A stretch of DNA of 40,816 nt. Origin: a virus (taxonomy: Duplodnaviria > Caudoviricetes). The notes beneath the pieces were generated by a model that saw only the letters and a list, made by a program, of their open reading frames with translations, made no database searches and was not told the origin of the DNA. Below are positions 1-8,086 of this stretch, one piece after another; position 1 is the first letter of the stretch; every line of letters begins with the position of its first letter. The position numbers were made by a program, and so were the translations under genes. The stretch covers positions 1-40,816 of IMG/VR virus record IMGVR_UViG_3300043748_000042; one strand, 5' to 3'.

Positions 1-127
1 GGCCGGCGCCGAGGAGGGCGCCGGCCAGGACCAGCCAGGGGCTGACAGTCACGCGGCGGCTCCGGCAGGTGCGGCCTGGGTGGTGGCGCGGTGCCAGAGT
101 TCAGCAAGTGCAGCGAGGGCCTGTTGC
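1..127. repeat. 127-bp terminal direct repeat identical to 40690-40816 (circular assembly overlap)
   Basis: Both ends read GGCCGGCGCCGAGG...GGGCCTGTTGC; the junction lies inside coding sequence and 127 is a common assembler k-mer. Confidence 0.95.
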
Positions 128-1368
128 GGGACGACTCCGTTTCCACCGGCCTTCAACTGGGCGTTGCGGACCTGGGAGGCGGTCATGCCCGTTGGGGTGG
201 GGGTGTTGGTGATCCAGCCAGCGGGGAGGCCCATCATCCACTCGACGAACCGGGGCGCGAGGCGGTCTTGGTTGTCGGTCGGTCGGGGTGCGGGTCGTCC
301 GGTGACGTGTTCCCATCGACGGATTGCGGGCTCGTAGACACCCCAATTCGGTGCACCGCCGAGGGCAGGGTCAGATCGCCGGAGGAGCCGCGCTGATTCG
401 GGCCGCCCTTCGTCCCGTCCGTCGCCTTTGGAGTGGGCAGCAGCCGCATCGCGTCGATCAGCGTCTGCCCGTAGCCCGCCCCGTACGGCGTCCCGTCCGG
501 GCGGAAGTTCGCCGTGTTCCGGGAGTCGGCCACCGTCGGTGTCGGAAGTAGGGCGCCGACCAAGGTCGGGTTGCCCCGGCTGTAGGTGGTGCTCTGCCGG
601 TCGCTGTCCGCCGCGACCGGGGTGGGCAGCAGGCTGACCGTGGTCCGTAGGTTCATGCCGCCCTGCGCGGCGTGTCCCGGGCCGGTGTGTTCCGAGCTGG
701 TCGGTGTCGGCAGCAGCCGCACTGTCTCGTGCAGGCCGTCGGTCCCGCCGGTTTTCCAGTCGCGGGCCCTGGGGGTGGGAAGGCCAGGCAAGGATGAACT
801 CCCGCCACCGCTCGTGGGGCGCTCCCACGGCCGACGCGGGGAGGCCGACCCATTCCGCATCGAACCCGAGGCCGGCCAGGTCTGCGAGTACGGCTCCGAG
901 TGCCCGCAGAACAGGTTCATCAGTCCCGTCTCCCAGACACCACGTGCAGGGTTCCACGTCGCCATCGGCAGGCGCGGAGAGGAGGCCGCGGACATTTTCG
1001 ATCACCACCAGTCGGGGTTGGAGTGCGGCTATGGCTCGGGCCATGTGGGCCCAGAGGCCGGAGCGGGTGCCCTCGGCGAGGCCGGCCTGGAGGCCGGCGA
1101 GGCTGAGGTCGGTGCAAGGGAAGCCGCCGGTGAGGATGTCGACGGGCTCGACCTGGGCCCAGTTGATGCGGGTGATGTCGCCGAGGTTCGGTACGCCGGG
1201 CCAGTGGCGGGCGAGGATCCCGGCGGCGTACTGGTGCGGGTCCTCGCGGCCCTTCTTGTCGGGCGGCTCGTACTGGCTGTGCCAGACGGTGCGGGCGTCG
1301 AAGAACTGCTCTACGGCGAGGTCGAGGCCGCCGTAGCCGCTGAACAAGCTGCCGATGCGGAGGGGCAT
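49..1368 (-). CDS. DNA (cytosine-5) methyltransferase
   Basis: Motif I SLFSGYGG, motif IV GGFPCTD, motif VI ENV, motif VIII PHERWREF, C-terminal FVEWMMGLP and GNGVVPQQA. Confidence 0.93.
   Translation of the reverse strand: MPLRIGSLFSGYGGLDLAVEQFFDARTVWHSQYEPPDKKGREDPHQYAAGILARHWPGVPNLGDITRINWAQVEPVDILTGGFPCTDLSLAGLQAGLAEGTRSGLWAHMARAIAALQPRLVVIENVRGLLSAPADGDVEPCTWCLGDGTDEPVLRALGAVLADLAGLGFDAEWVGLPASAVGAPHERWREFILAWPSHPQGPRLENRRDRRPARDSAAAADTDQLGTHRPGTRRAGRHEPTDHGQPAAHPGRGGQRPAEHHLQPGQPDLGRRPTSDTDGGRLPEHGELPPGRDAVRGGLRADADRRDAAAAHSKGDGRDEGRPESARLLRRSDPALGGAPNWGVYEPAIRRWEHVTGRPAPRPTDNQDRLAPRFVEWMMGLPAGWITNTPTPTGMTASQVRNAQLKAGGNGVVPQQALAALAELWHRATTQAAPAGAAA
234..995 (-). CDS. Nested alternate-frame protein with five LPTP repeats (putative MTase second subunit/target-recognition region)
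   Basis: 253-aa ORF fully inside the MTase gene; its ATG is formed by GAA AAT GTC of the ENV motif; repeats LPTPRARD, LLPTPTSSE, LLPTPVAAD, LLPTPTVAD, LLPTPKATD. Confidence 0.7.
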   Translation of the reverse strand: MSAASSPRLPMATWNPARGVWETGLMNLFCGHSEPYSQTWPASGSMRNGSASPRRPWERPTSGGGSSSLPGLPTPRARDWKTGGTDGLHETVRLLPTPTSSEHTGPGHAAQGGMNLRTTVSLLPTPVAADSDRQSTTYSRGNPTLVGALLPTPTVADSRNTANFRPDGTPYGAGYGQTLIDAMRLLPTPKATDGTKGGPNQRGSSGDLTLPSAVHRIGVSTSPQSVDGNTSPDDPHPDRPTTKTASRPGSSSG

Positions 1369-1380
1369 GGTGGCGGGTCC

Positions 1381-2148
1381 TCAGCTGGTCGTGGTGCGGG
1401 TGTCGTCGAGGGCGGTGGCGGCGTGGCGGATGGCGTCGATGTCCTGGGGGCGGCCGGCGGTGGCGTTGTCGGCGATGGAGCGGAGGAGGACGGCAGCCGA
1501 CTGGGCAGCAACGCGGAGCCGGTCGCGCTCGGCCTCCGCGCGCTGCCGCGCCTCGTGCGGGGTGAGGGCGCCGGGTGAGTGCCGCTGGACGACGAGCGTG
1601 TACATCTCCGGCGACTCGGCGATCTTGACGTCGAACTCCAGCTTGGTCTCGCTGTAGTTCGGGGCGTCGCCGAGCAGGGCCCGGGCGGCGGCAACGTACG
1701 AAGCGGCGAAGTCGTGGCCGCCGGCGAGGTCCATTTCCCAGCGCCCGGCGCGGAAGTCGGCCCATTTGATGCCGAGCTGGTTCTCCTGGCTGCGGATCCA
1801 GCGCTCGCCGGCCTCGGAGGCGAGTTCCTCGTCGCGGTAGGCGTCGAGCATGCACTCCAGTCGGGCGCGTGTGTCGGCGTGCTCGGGGCTGGTGGGGTCT
1901 TCGCCGGTCAGGAGTTCGGCGAGGAGGGTGTTTCGGGCGGTGGCGGCCGGGTCGGTCCTCTTCGGCATGGGGGTTCTCTCCTGGTCGTCGGGTTCGTCGG
2001 TCGGGTTCGGGGTGATCTGCCAGCCGGCTTCGGTGAGGGCCTGGGCGATGTGGCTGGCGATGGCGTCGGGTGCGTCGGGGTAGAGCTGGTAGGCGTCCAG
2101 CGCGGCGGACCGGATGGTCTGGGCGGCTGCCGGCGGAATGCCGATCAC
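1381..2148 (-). CDS. Hypothetical phage protein (GTG start 2148; possible second in-frame start ATG 1968)
   Basis: GTGA overlap with upstream stop; AGGAG SD before ATG 1968; protein-like composition. Confidence 0.65.
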   Translation of the reverse strand: MIGIPPAAAQTIRSAALDAYQLYPDAPDAIASHIAQALTEAGWQITPNPTDEPDDQERTPMPKRTDPAATARNTLLAELLTGEDPTSPEHADTRARLECMLDAYRDEELASEAGERWIRSQENQLGIKWADFRAGRWEMDLAGGHDFAASYVAAARALLGDAPNYSETKLEFDVKIAESPEMYTLVVQRHSPGALTPHEARQRAEAERDRLRVAAQSAAVLLRSIADNATAGRPQDIDAIRHAATALDDTRTTTS

Positions 2149-2783
2149 GCGGCAGCCTGTTGGGTGAGCCAGTCGTCCAGGCGGCTGGGGTGGCTCCCCC
2201 CGGCGATCGGTCCGCCGCTCGGCCGGGTGCAGCGCTGGCCGGGGATCGCGCGGCAGGTCGGGACCGGGCAGGTGATCGCCCACTCGGGTCGGTGCGGGCG
2301 CCGGAACGGTGCGAGCTCGTTGCGCATGTGGTCGGACATGTAGGGCGTCTCCGTGTCGCGGGTCGGCGGAATGTGCCCGATCCCCGACACCAGCTCGGCG
2401 ACCGCAACCGGCGGACCCTCGGCGATGGCGTACGGGGCGGGCGCGGCGTGGCCGTCGGCGACGGCGCGCCGGGCGGCGCCGAGCTCGGCGCACCACTCGG
2501 TGACGCGGTCGGGGTCGATCGCGGGGGTCGGGTCGGTGTGGCGGCCGAGGCGGGCCCGGGATTCCGCGCTCCAGCGGGTCGCGATGTCTGCGGGCAGGAT
2601 CGGCCACTGGGAGACGCGGTAGTGCTGTAGCGCGAATTGGAGGGCAGCCTCGTAGGGGACGTTGGCGAGGATGCCGGCCCACATCTTGGCCTGGGCTCGG
2701 CGTTCGGTCGGGTCGTCGCGGCGGATGCGCGGGTCCGCGAGGGCGATTTCGGCGATCAGCTTTGGGATCAGCTCGGGGTTCAT
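2145..2783 (-). CDS. Helicase loader/inhibitor-like protein with C-terminal Cys/His zinc finger
   Basis: Directly follows the replication initiator; WAGIL..VPYEAAL...HY......ILPADI pattern; C-terminal CP..C.A.PG..C...H.SR. Confidence 0.55.
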   Translation of the reverse strand: MNPELIPKLIAEIALADPRIRRDDPTERRAQAKMWAGILANVPYEAALQFALQHYRVSQWPILPADIATRWSAESRARLGRHTDPTPAIDPDRVTEWCAELGAARRAVADGHAAPAPYAIAEGPPVAVAELVSGIGHIPPTRDTETPYMSDHMRNELAPFRRPHRPEWAITCPVPTCRAIPGQRCTRPSGGPIAGGSHPSRLDDWLTQQAAA

Positions 2784-2785
2784 GG

Positions 2786-3817
2786 TCAGGCTCCGTTCTG
2801 CCGCATTTCGGCGGCGATGGCGGCCATGTCGGCGAGGTACTCGTTCGTCCGGCTGGGGCCGCCGAGGGCGTCCAGCGGGCTCGGCGGAGCGCCGGGCGAA
2901 GGTGCGGCGAGGGTGAGCCACTGCGGAAGGAAGAGGCGCGCGCTCCAGGGGGTCTCGCGGGCGCTTCGCCAGATGCGTGCGGCGTGCTCGACCAGGGCCG
3001 GCGCGCCGACGGCGGCCAGCTTTGTGGCGAGCGCACGCCGCTCGTCGTCGGAGAGCGACCACGACACGGCCATCCCTCGGGAGCGCATGGCGTCGACCAG
3101 CGAGCCGAGGTCGGCCGTGTCCTCCTCCCCCGCGTTGCCACGCGGGACAGGAAGCCGATCGCCGGCCTCGCGCGCGGGGTGGTAGGGGGTTTGGTCCCTA
3201 CCGTAGGTAGGGAGGGTTTGGTACCCCCCCGCCGGGGACGCTGTCCGGGTAGCGTCCGGGGACGCTGTCCGGGGGCGTCCGGGGACGCTGTCCGGGGTGA
3301 CGGAAGGCGTCCGGGGACGCTGTCCGGAACCCCCGCCGGGGACGCTGTCCGGAACCCCCGCCGGGGACGCTGTCCGGATAGCGTCCGGGGACGCCTTCCG
3401 GGTCTGCTCGTCCGCCAGTTGGGCCTTCTGGGCGGCGCGTGCCTTCCGCTGCCGGGTGTCGGTGTAGTGGTGCAGGTGCCCGTCCCAGTCGGGCCTCGCG
3501 GTCGGCAGGATGAGGCGGTATTGGGCCGGGGCGTTCGGGCGGCGCCGCTTGCTCAGCATGCCGACGCCCTCCAGGACCCGGAGCGCGCGGGTCACGGACT
3601 CCGCCGTGCAGCCGGCCAGGGCACCCAGCGTCTCCCTGGAGGGGTACGCCTTGGTCCCGTCTGCGTTGGCGTAGGTGGCGAGCCACACCCCGACCCGCGC
3701 GACCGCCGCGAGGTCGCGGCTGCCGACCCGCAGCACCTCGGCGCGAAGCGCGTTCGTCCAGGCGGTCTGGACCGTCTGGGCCCGGTCGCGCTGGGCGGTG
3801 TCGTGGGTGGCGCTCAA
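2786..3817 (-). CDS. Phage replication initiator (N-terminal winged HTH) with internal iterons
   Basis: AYPSRETLGALAGCTAESVTRALRVLEGVGML HTH; GGAGAG SD before TTG; tandem 17-bp repeats in the linker. Confidence 0.8.
   Translation of the reverse strand: MSATHDTAQRDRAQTVQTAWTNALRAEVLRVGSRDLAAVARVGVWLATYANADGTKAYPSRETLGALAGCTAESVTRALRVLEGVGMLSKRRRPNAPAQYRLILPTARPDWDGHLHHYTDTRQRKARAAQKAQLADEQTRKASPDAIRTASPAGVPDSVPGGGSGQRPRTPSVTPDSVPGRPRTASPDATRTASPAGGYQTLPTYGRDQTPYHPAREAGDRLPVPRGNAGEEDTADLGSLVDAMRSRGMAVSWSLSDDERRALATKLAAVGAPALVEHAARIWRSARETPWSARLFLPQWLTLAAPSPGAPPSPLDALGGPSRTNEYLADMAAIAAEMRQNGA
3232..3401. repeat. Iteron array, putative replication origin
   Basis: CCGGGGACGCTGTCCGG at 3232, 3256, 3279, 3311, 3336, 3361 and a variant at 3385. 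Confidence 0.8.
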
Positions 3818-3901
3818 GCTGGGCTCTCCGATACGCGGGGGGTGGTCGCCTGGGGCGGGCGGACTCGAGTCCTGCCTGCCCCAGGCCGCTTGGGGTGGGT
3901 G

Positions 3902-4510
3902 TCAGGCGGCGGCCGGGTACGGTTCGCGGAGGTCCCGGCCGCAGGTGCAGCGCAAGCCGCCCTCCGGGGTCGCCTCCAGGTAGCGCCACCTGTGGAAGGG
4001 GCAGGGCTCGACCAGGGCGCCGCCGGGCGGGTGCTGGACAATTGCGGCGCGCGGGTTGTAGGGGCCACCCATGGCGCGGACGGGGTGGAGGTCAAGGCAG
4101 GCCAGGCAGCGGCCGACGGTGCCGGGCGGGATGGCCTGGGTGAGGCGCTCGACGCGGGAGCCGGGACAGACGGAGGGCGAGGCGATGTCCCGCGGCGCGT
4201 ACGTGAGGGTGCGGCCAGCCGGTCCGGCGGGCTCCTGGCCGGAGCCGACGGCGCGGCCGTCGCACGGCCCGCACACGGTCGCCCCGGCAGGCAGCTTCTC
4301 GCGAGAGAGGAAGCGGTCGTCGAAGACGGCCCCGGTGCACCACAGCTGGTAGACCGTCCGGCCGGACCCGTACCGGACCCCGGAGCGGACCCGGTGCCAG
4401 CGGGTCATCCGCTCGGTGCGCACGTAGCGCGGACCGTCGGCGAGAGGCTCGGCGTCGGGGCCGGGCAGCCCGATGCTGCTGCTGGTGGGCGGGAGCAGGC
4501 GAACCGTCAT
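3902..4510 (-). CDS. Hypothetical Cys-rich phage protein
   Basis: ATGA overlap with upstream gene, AAGGAAG SD, several CxxC pairs. Confidence 0.7.
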   Translation of the reverse strand: MTVRLLPPTSSSIGLPGPDAEPLADGPRYVRTERMTRWHRVRSGVRYGSGRTVYQLWCTGAVFDDRFLSREKLPAGATVCGPCDGRAVGSGQEPAGPAGRTLTYAPRDIASPSVCPGSRVERLTQAIPPGTVGRCLACLDLHPVRAMGGPYNPRAAIVQHPPGGALVEPCPFHRWRYLEATPEGGLRCTCGRDLREPYPAAA

Positions 4511-4818
4511 GAGGGCTTCCTTCTGGTGGTAGCGCGGGTGCGCGCCTCGCCCTTGGTGGCGGCCTGGGCGAGGCGGTACTGCTGGGGGGTGCTGCGGCGC
4601 TTGCCGGAGGCGATCGCGCGGGCGTCGGTGAGAGCGCTCGCGGACTGCGGAGTCGGCAGGCGCTGAGGGGTGTATCCGGGGCCGGACGGCGGTTCGGACT
4701 GTCCGGCCTGAGCCGCGGGGGTGTGATCCGGGCAGCGCGGGCCGACCACGTACGGCCGGCCCGGCCGCCCGCAGTAGATGCCCTGGTCGGGCATCCACTG
4801 GTTGCATGAGCTGTTCAC
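4507..4818 (-). CDS. Hypothetical protein
   Basis: Start and stop overlap both neighbours; C...C...CPDH motif. Confidence 0.65.
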   Translation of the reverse strand: MNSSCNQWMPDQGIYCGRPGRPYVVGPRCPDHTPAAQAGQSEPPSGPGYTPQRLPTPQSASALTDARAIASGKRRSTPQQYRLAQAATKGEARTRATTRRKPS

Positions 4819-5021
4819 CGGCGGCGCCAGGCCGGGGGCAGCGCAATGAGCGCCTGGTCGACCTGCTCGCCGACCGGGATGCCGGCGAGATCGAGTTCGG
4901 TGAGGAGCGAGAGCGCGGCGGTGACGACTGCCGGGAGCCCGCTCGACAGCCCGTTGGCGATGTGGTCCACCACCGTGCGGCGCAGGGTGTCGTCGTCGGT
5001 GTCGGGCTGCGGAGCGGGCAT
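4815..5021 (-). CDS. Hypothetical protein
   Basis: GAGAGG SD, operon packing. Confidence 0.6.
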   Translation of the reverse strand: MPAPQPDTDDDTLRRTVVDHIANGLSSGLPAVVTAALSLLTELDLAGIPVGEQVDQALIALPPAWRRR

Positions 5022-5033
5022 GGCGGTGGCCTC

Positions 5034-5414
5034 TCAGAACGGCGGTTCGGTGCTGTACTCGGGCTCACGCCAGCCGCACCAGCGGCGGGCGGCCCAGTGT
5101 GGGATCGGGATGGTCAAGACCGGGGCGCGCCACGGGTCCCAGCAGGCGCAGGGGTCGAACTCGGTGCCGTCGTACTCGCCGGTCTCCGGGTGGCCGTAGT
5201 CCCTGGTCCAGCCGCCGGCGCCGAGGCATCCGCGGCAACCGGGCCGCGGGCTGTCCTGGAGGCGGAGCTCCGGCCGGGGCCAGTCGTGGAACTTCAGGCG
5301 GAGCCGGGCGCGGGGCGGCAGCGGGAGGAGGAACCAACCGGTGCCATCGCGGCGGACGAGTTCCAGGGCCGGGCGCGGGTCGTCCACCCGCACGATGCGG
5401 ATCAGGGCGGTCAC
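5034..5414 (-). CDS. Hypothetical protein with CxxCxGxG...CxC zinc-binding motif
   Basis: PGCRGCLGAGGW...DPCACW; GTGA overlap; ends EPPF. Confidence 0.65.
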   Translation of the reverse strand: MTALIRIVRVDDPRPALELVRRDGTGWFLLPLPPRARLRLKFHDWPRPELRLQDSPRPGCRGCLGAGGWTRDYGHPETGEYDGTEFDPCACWDPWRAPVLTIPIPHWAARRWCGWREPEYSTEPPF

Positions 5415-5854
5415 CGGCGGTCCCGTCGGCGCTCGATCAGCTGGTCGATCTGAAAGTCGGCCTCAGACCGCGAGCGGCAGGTCCGGGAGCGCTGGCGGCC
5501 GTCCTCCCGCCAGCGGACCCGATAACGGCCCTGCCCAAGGCGCTCCTGGGCGATCGCGCTGATCACACCGGTCGGCTCAGGCCCGAGGCGCCGCTTCAGT
5601 CGCTCGATCTCCTCCTCGGCGGCCGAGAGCTGTGCGCTCAAACAGCGGGCCTCGCGCTCGTCGCACTCGATGTCCAGGTCGAGTTCGCGGATCTCGTTCA
5701 GGAGCTCGTGCAGGACGGGCCGCAGCTGGATGAGCCAGCGGCGAGCGGTCTTCTGGGTGCTCAGCTGCCAGTTCTCGGACTGGGGCATGAGGGCCGCCAG
5801 GTCGAGACGGCGGATCGCGTCCAGGCGCTCGGTGGGGATCGGCTCGGGGGTCAC
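5411..5854 (-). CDS. Coiled-coil protein with C-terminal integrase arm-binding-like motif
   Basis: GTGA overlap; RYRVRWREDGRQRSRTCRSRSEA. Confidence 0.6.
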   Translation of the reverse strand: MTPEPIPTERLDAIRRLDLAALMPQSENWQLSTQKTARRWLIQLRPVLHELLNEIRELDLDIECDEREARCLSAQLSAAEEEIERLKRRLGPEPTGVISAIAQERLGQGRYRVRWREDGRQRSRTCRSRSEADFQIDQLIERRRDRR

Positions 5855-6204
5855 GCGGTCACCAGCTCTCGGGCTGGCGCGTCGGTGCGGGCCGGGCTGG
5901 TGGCGACGATGTGTACCGAGATGTTGCCGACGCGGATGGAGACGGTCCACTCGATGACCCGGCCGCCGTTGCGCTGCACGGTGCGGTGGCGGATGCCGTG
6001 CTCGATGGTGAGCGCCTGGCACCAGCGGGACAGGGCGATCATCGAGCGCGGGTCGTCGGGGAAGGTGCCGCTGGCGTTCCCGTGGGTGAAGTCCCAGGCC
6101 GGCCAGACGTCCTGGGGGACGCCGGCGGCGGCCATGTGGGAGGTGATCGTGGCCACGGCGAGCATCGCCTGTTCCTGGCACTGCAGTTCGGTAGGCTGCA
6201 ACAT
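5851..6204 (-). CDS. Hypothetical protein
   Basis: AAGGAGG SD before ATG. Confidence 0.7.
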   Translation of the reverse strand: MLQPTELQCQEQAMLAVATITSHMAAAGVPQDVWPAWDFTHGNASGTFPDDPRSMIALSRWCQALTIEHGIRHRTVQRNGGRVIEWTVSIRVGNISVHIVATSPARTDAPARELVTA

Positions 6205-6296
6205 GCGGCCTGCCTCCTTCTCTGAGGTTGATCGGTGGGCCGTTGGGCCTCGTCCGGGTGCGATCCGGCGGGGCCCGACCCAGGTCTGTGGGTCGC

Positions 6297-6575
6297 TCAG
6301 GCGGCGAGCGGCTGCCGGCGCTTCGCGCGGCGCGGCTCGGGGGCCTGGCGGGTGGGGTCGAGCGTCAGGTTCGACCGGGAGTCCTTGGCCTCATCGGCTT
6401 CGAGCCATGCATCGAGAGCGGCCAGGCGGTACATCACACGACCACCCGACTTGAAGCTGGCCGGACCGCTCCGACGCTCGCGCAGGCAGCGCATCGCCTT
6501 GGGCGTTCGACGAACGTATTCGGCCGCCTCGATGAGGTTCAGGATCGGCGACTGGACGCCACTGTCCTTGCTCAT
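6297..6575 (-). CDS. Excisionase/recombination directionality factor-like HTH protein
   Basis: LNLIEAAEYV...GPASFKSGGRVMYRLAALDAWL; second gene of the early operon. Confidence 0.8.
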   Translation of the reverse strand: MSKDSGVQSPILNLIEAAEYVRRTPKAMRCLRERRSGPASFKSGGRVMYRLAALDAWLEADEAKDSRSNLTLDPTRQAPEPRRAKRRQPLAA

Positions 6576-6784
6576 TGTTTCCCCTCCGTTTCCTCTGTGA
6601 TGTCACTGATCGCGACGTTCAGCCCCAGTGCGATACGCATCAAAACCTCAGGCTGGGCGCCGCTCTGGTCTCGTTCAATCCGGGACAAGTGCGAGGACGA
6701 GATCCCGACTTGGGCAGCAAAGCGCCGCAGGCCGTAGCCCATCTGTTCGCGCTTGCTGCGGATGCTTGATCCCCGCGCTTGCAC
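6572..6784 (-). CDS. Cro-like XRE HTH regulator (probably leaderless GTG start at 6784)
   Basis: GLRRFAAQVGISSSHLSRIERD; divergent from the repressor. Confidence 0.85.
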   Translation of the reverse strand: MQARGSSIRSKREQMGYGLRRFAAQVGISSSHLSRIERDQSGAQPEVLMRIALGLNVAISDITEETEGKQ

Positions 6785-6846
6785 AGCACTGAAGCTAGAG
6801 GAATCAGAGAGGCAATGCAAGGCATCGAGAGGAATCAAGAGGAATC
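6785..6846 (-). promoter_or_regulatory. Early lytic promoter overlaid by phased operator repeats
   Basis: Minus strand TTGCAT-17 bp-TAGCTT-7 bp-GTG; GAGGAATC-like repeats at 6798, 6809, 6819, 6829, 6839. Confidence 0.65.
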
Positions 6847-6961
6847 AATGTGCCACTGGCGTGCATCTGGCGGGAACCGGCCTGCATCCAGATGCCTCTG
6901 GTCTGCGAGACTGTTGTCTATCGTTGCCTCTCGTTGGGCGTAGAGGCGCTACCGGACGGGG

Positions 6962-7525
6962 ATGGCCGTGCAGGACTGGGTGCATCTGGGCAAGTGCATC
7001 GCGCGCGATCGGAAACGGCGGCAGTGGCTCCAGTCCGACCTGGCTGAACGGGCCGGACTGGCCAAGCGCACCATCGGCAACTACGAGCGGGGCGTTGGTC
7101 GAGCTGCCGGATCCGAGGACATCCCCGCTGGCTACTACGCCGTTGCTGGCGCTCTCGGATGGCCTGCTGGCGCGGTTGAGCGCGCCCTGGCAGGCGTCGA
7201 GCCGACGATGTCATCGCATCGGGCCCCAGTCGACATGCTCGCCCCCGCACCGCTCGAGCCGGCCGAGCTTTTCCCTGCGGTGGGTCGTTTTGCCCGGGCT
7301 GCGGTTGCAGCGGGCGGCGATCCTGCGCTGCGGGACCTCCTAGAGGATGCCGCGGACCGGTTGCTGCAGTCGATCCCGAAGGGGGCGCCTGCCCAGTCGT
7401 CCTACGGGCTTGCCGCGTACAGGCCGCACGGCTGGGCGGAGGGCGACCCGAGCGTTCCAGCTGATGACGCCGCGCGGATTCGGCAGGCGCTGGAGGAGTA
7501 CACCCGCGAGCAGGGGAAGTCGTAA
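6962..7525 (+). CDS. Immunity repressor (XRE HTH, ImmR-like)
   Basis: LQSDLAERAGLAKRTIGNYERG; divergent from cro, upstream of ImmA-like gene and integrase. Confidence 0.8.
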   Translation: MAVQDWVHLGKCIARDRKRRQWLQSDLAERAGLAKRTIGNYERGVGRAAGSEDIPAGYYAVAGALGWPAGAVERALAGVEPTMSSHRAPVDMLAPAPLEPAELFPAVGRFARAAVAAGGDPALRDLLEDAADRLLQSIPKGAPAQSSYGLAAYRPHGWAEGDPSVPADDAARIRQALEEYTREQGKS

Positions 7526-7648
7526 CTCCCTGGCCTACCCACGACACGCGTGACTTAACGTGGCTAAATCCTCACGCTTCCCCGCCTGCATATGCCAGAA
7601 TCGGCGCACCGGCATGCCTCCCACACGTCAGGACTCAGGGGGAGAGGC

Positions 7649-8086
7649 ATGCCTGCAGTCGTCGGCGTTGTCGCCGCGGCACAGTACGACCCACACGCCG
7701 AGCTGGAGCGGATGGGCATACCCGTCGTCCGGCAGTGGCTGAGGGACACCTGGGGCGCGTGGTCCCCCGAGCATCGCGTCGTCATCCTCGCCCAGGGGCT
7801 CAGCCCGGTCGAGGAGCGGTGCGTCCTCGCGCACGAGATCGAGCACATCCTGGCTGGCGACGCTGGCTGCGGTGGCGTGGCCGGCCTGCGGGCCGAGCGC
7901 CTCGCCGACCTGCGGGCCGCCCGCAAGCTCATCGGGTTGTCCGACTTCTGTGCCGCCCGGCAGTGGGCCACGAGCCCGGCCGAGCTCGCCGCCGAGCTCG
8001 GCGTTACCGGCTGGATCCTGAAGACCCGCGCGGTCGACCTTGAGGGGGGTGCCCAGTGGCTGGGTACATCGAAGATCGCTGGCTGA
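7649..8086 (+). CDS. ImmA/IrrE-family metallopeptidase (putative anti-repressor)
   Basis: EERCVLAHEIEH zinc motif, E.LAD..AARKLI, LAAELGVT; GGAGAGG SD. Confidence 0.85.
   Translation: MPAVVGVVAAAQYDPHAELERMGIPVVRQWLRDTWGAWSPEHRVVILAQGLSPVEERCVLAHEIEHILAGDAGCGGVAGLRAERLADLRAARKLIGLSDFCAARQWATSPAELAAELGVTGWILKTRAVDLEGGAQWLGTSKIAG

Noticed and set aside
380-790. MTase as a frameshifted pseudogene or assembly error
   Set aside because: Both frames are fully open across the region and the nested ORF has its own ATG, so a single indel error does not explain it. Read-level confirmation is still advisable.
3232-3401. Possible CRISPR array
   Set aside because: Repeats are 17 bp with 6-15 bp gaps, some identical; they lie inside a rep gene and there are no cas genes. 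Iterons fit better.
3848-3886. Hairpin upstream of the rep gene as an ncRNA
   Set aside because: Single intergenic stem, most simply an attenuator or mRNA stability element; insufficient evidence for an RNA gene.
2762-4666. 634-aa plus-strand ORF and the many other long antisense ORFs (e.g. 29983-31614, 38398-40056)
   Set aside because: Shadow ORFs of high-GC genes: Arg/Gly/Pro-rich or antisense-patterned, no motifs, opposite well-supported genes.
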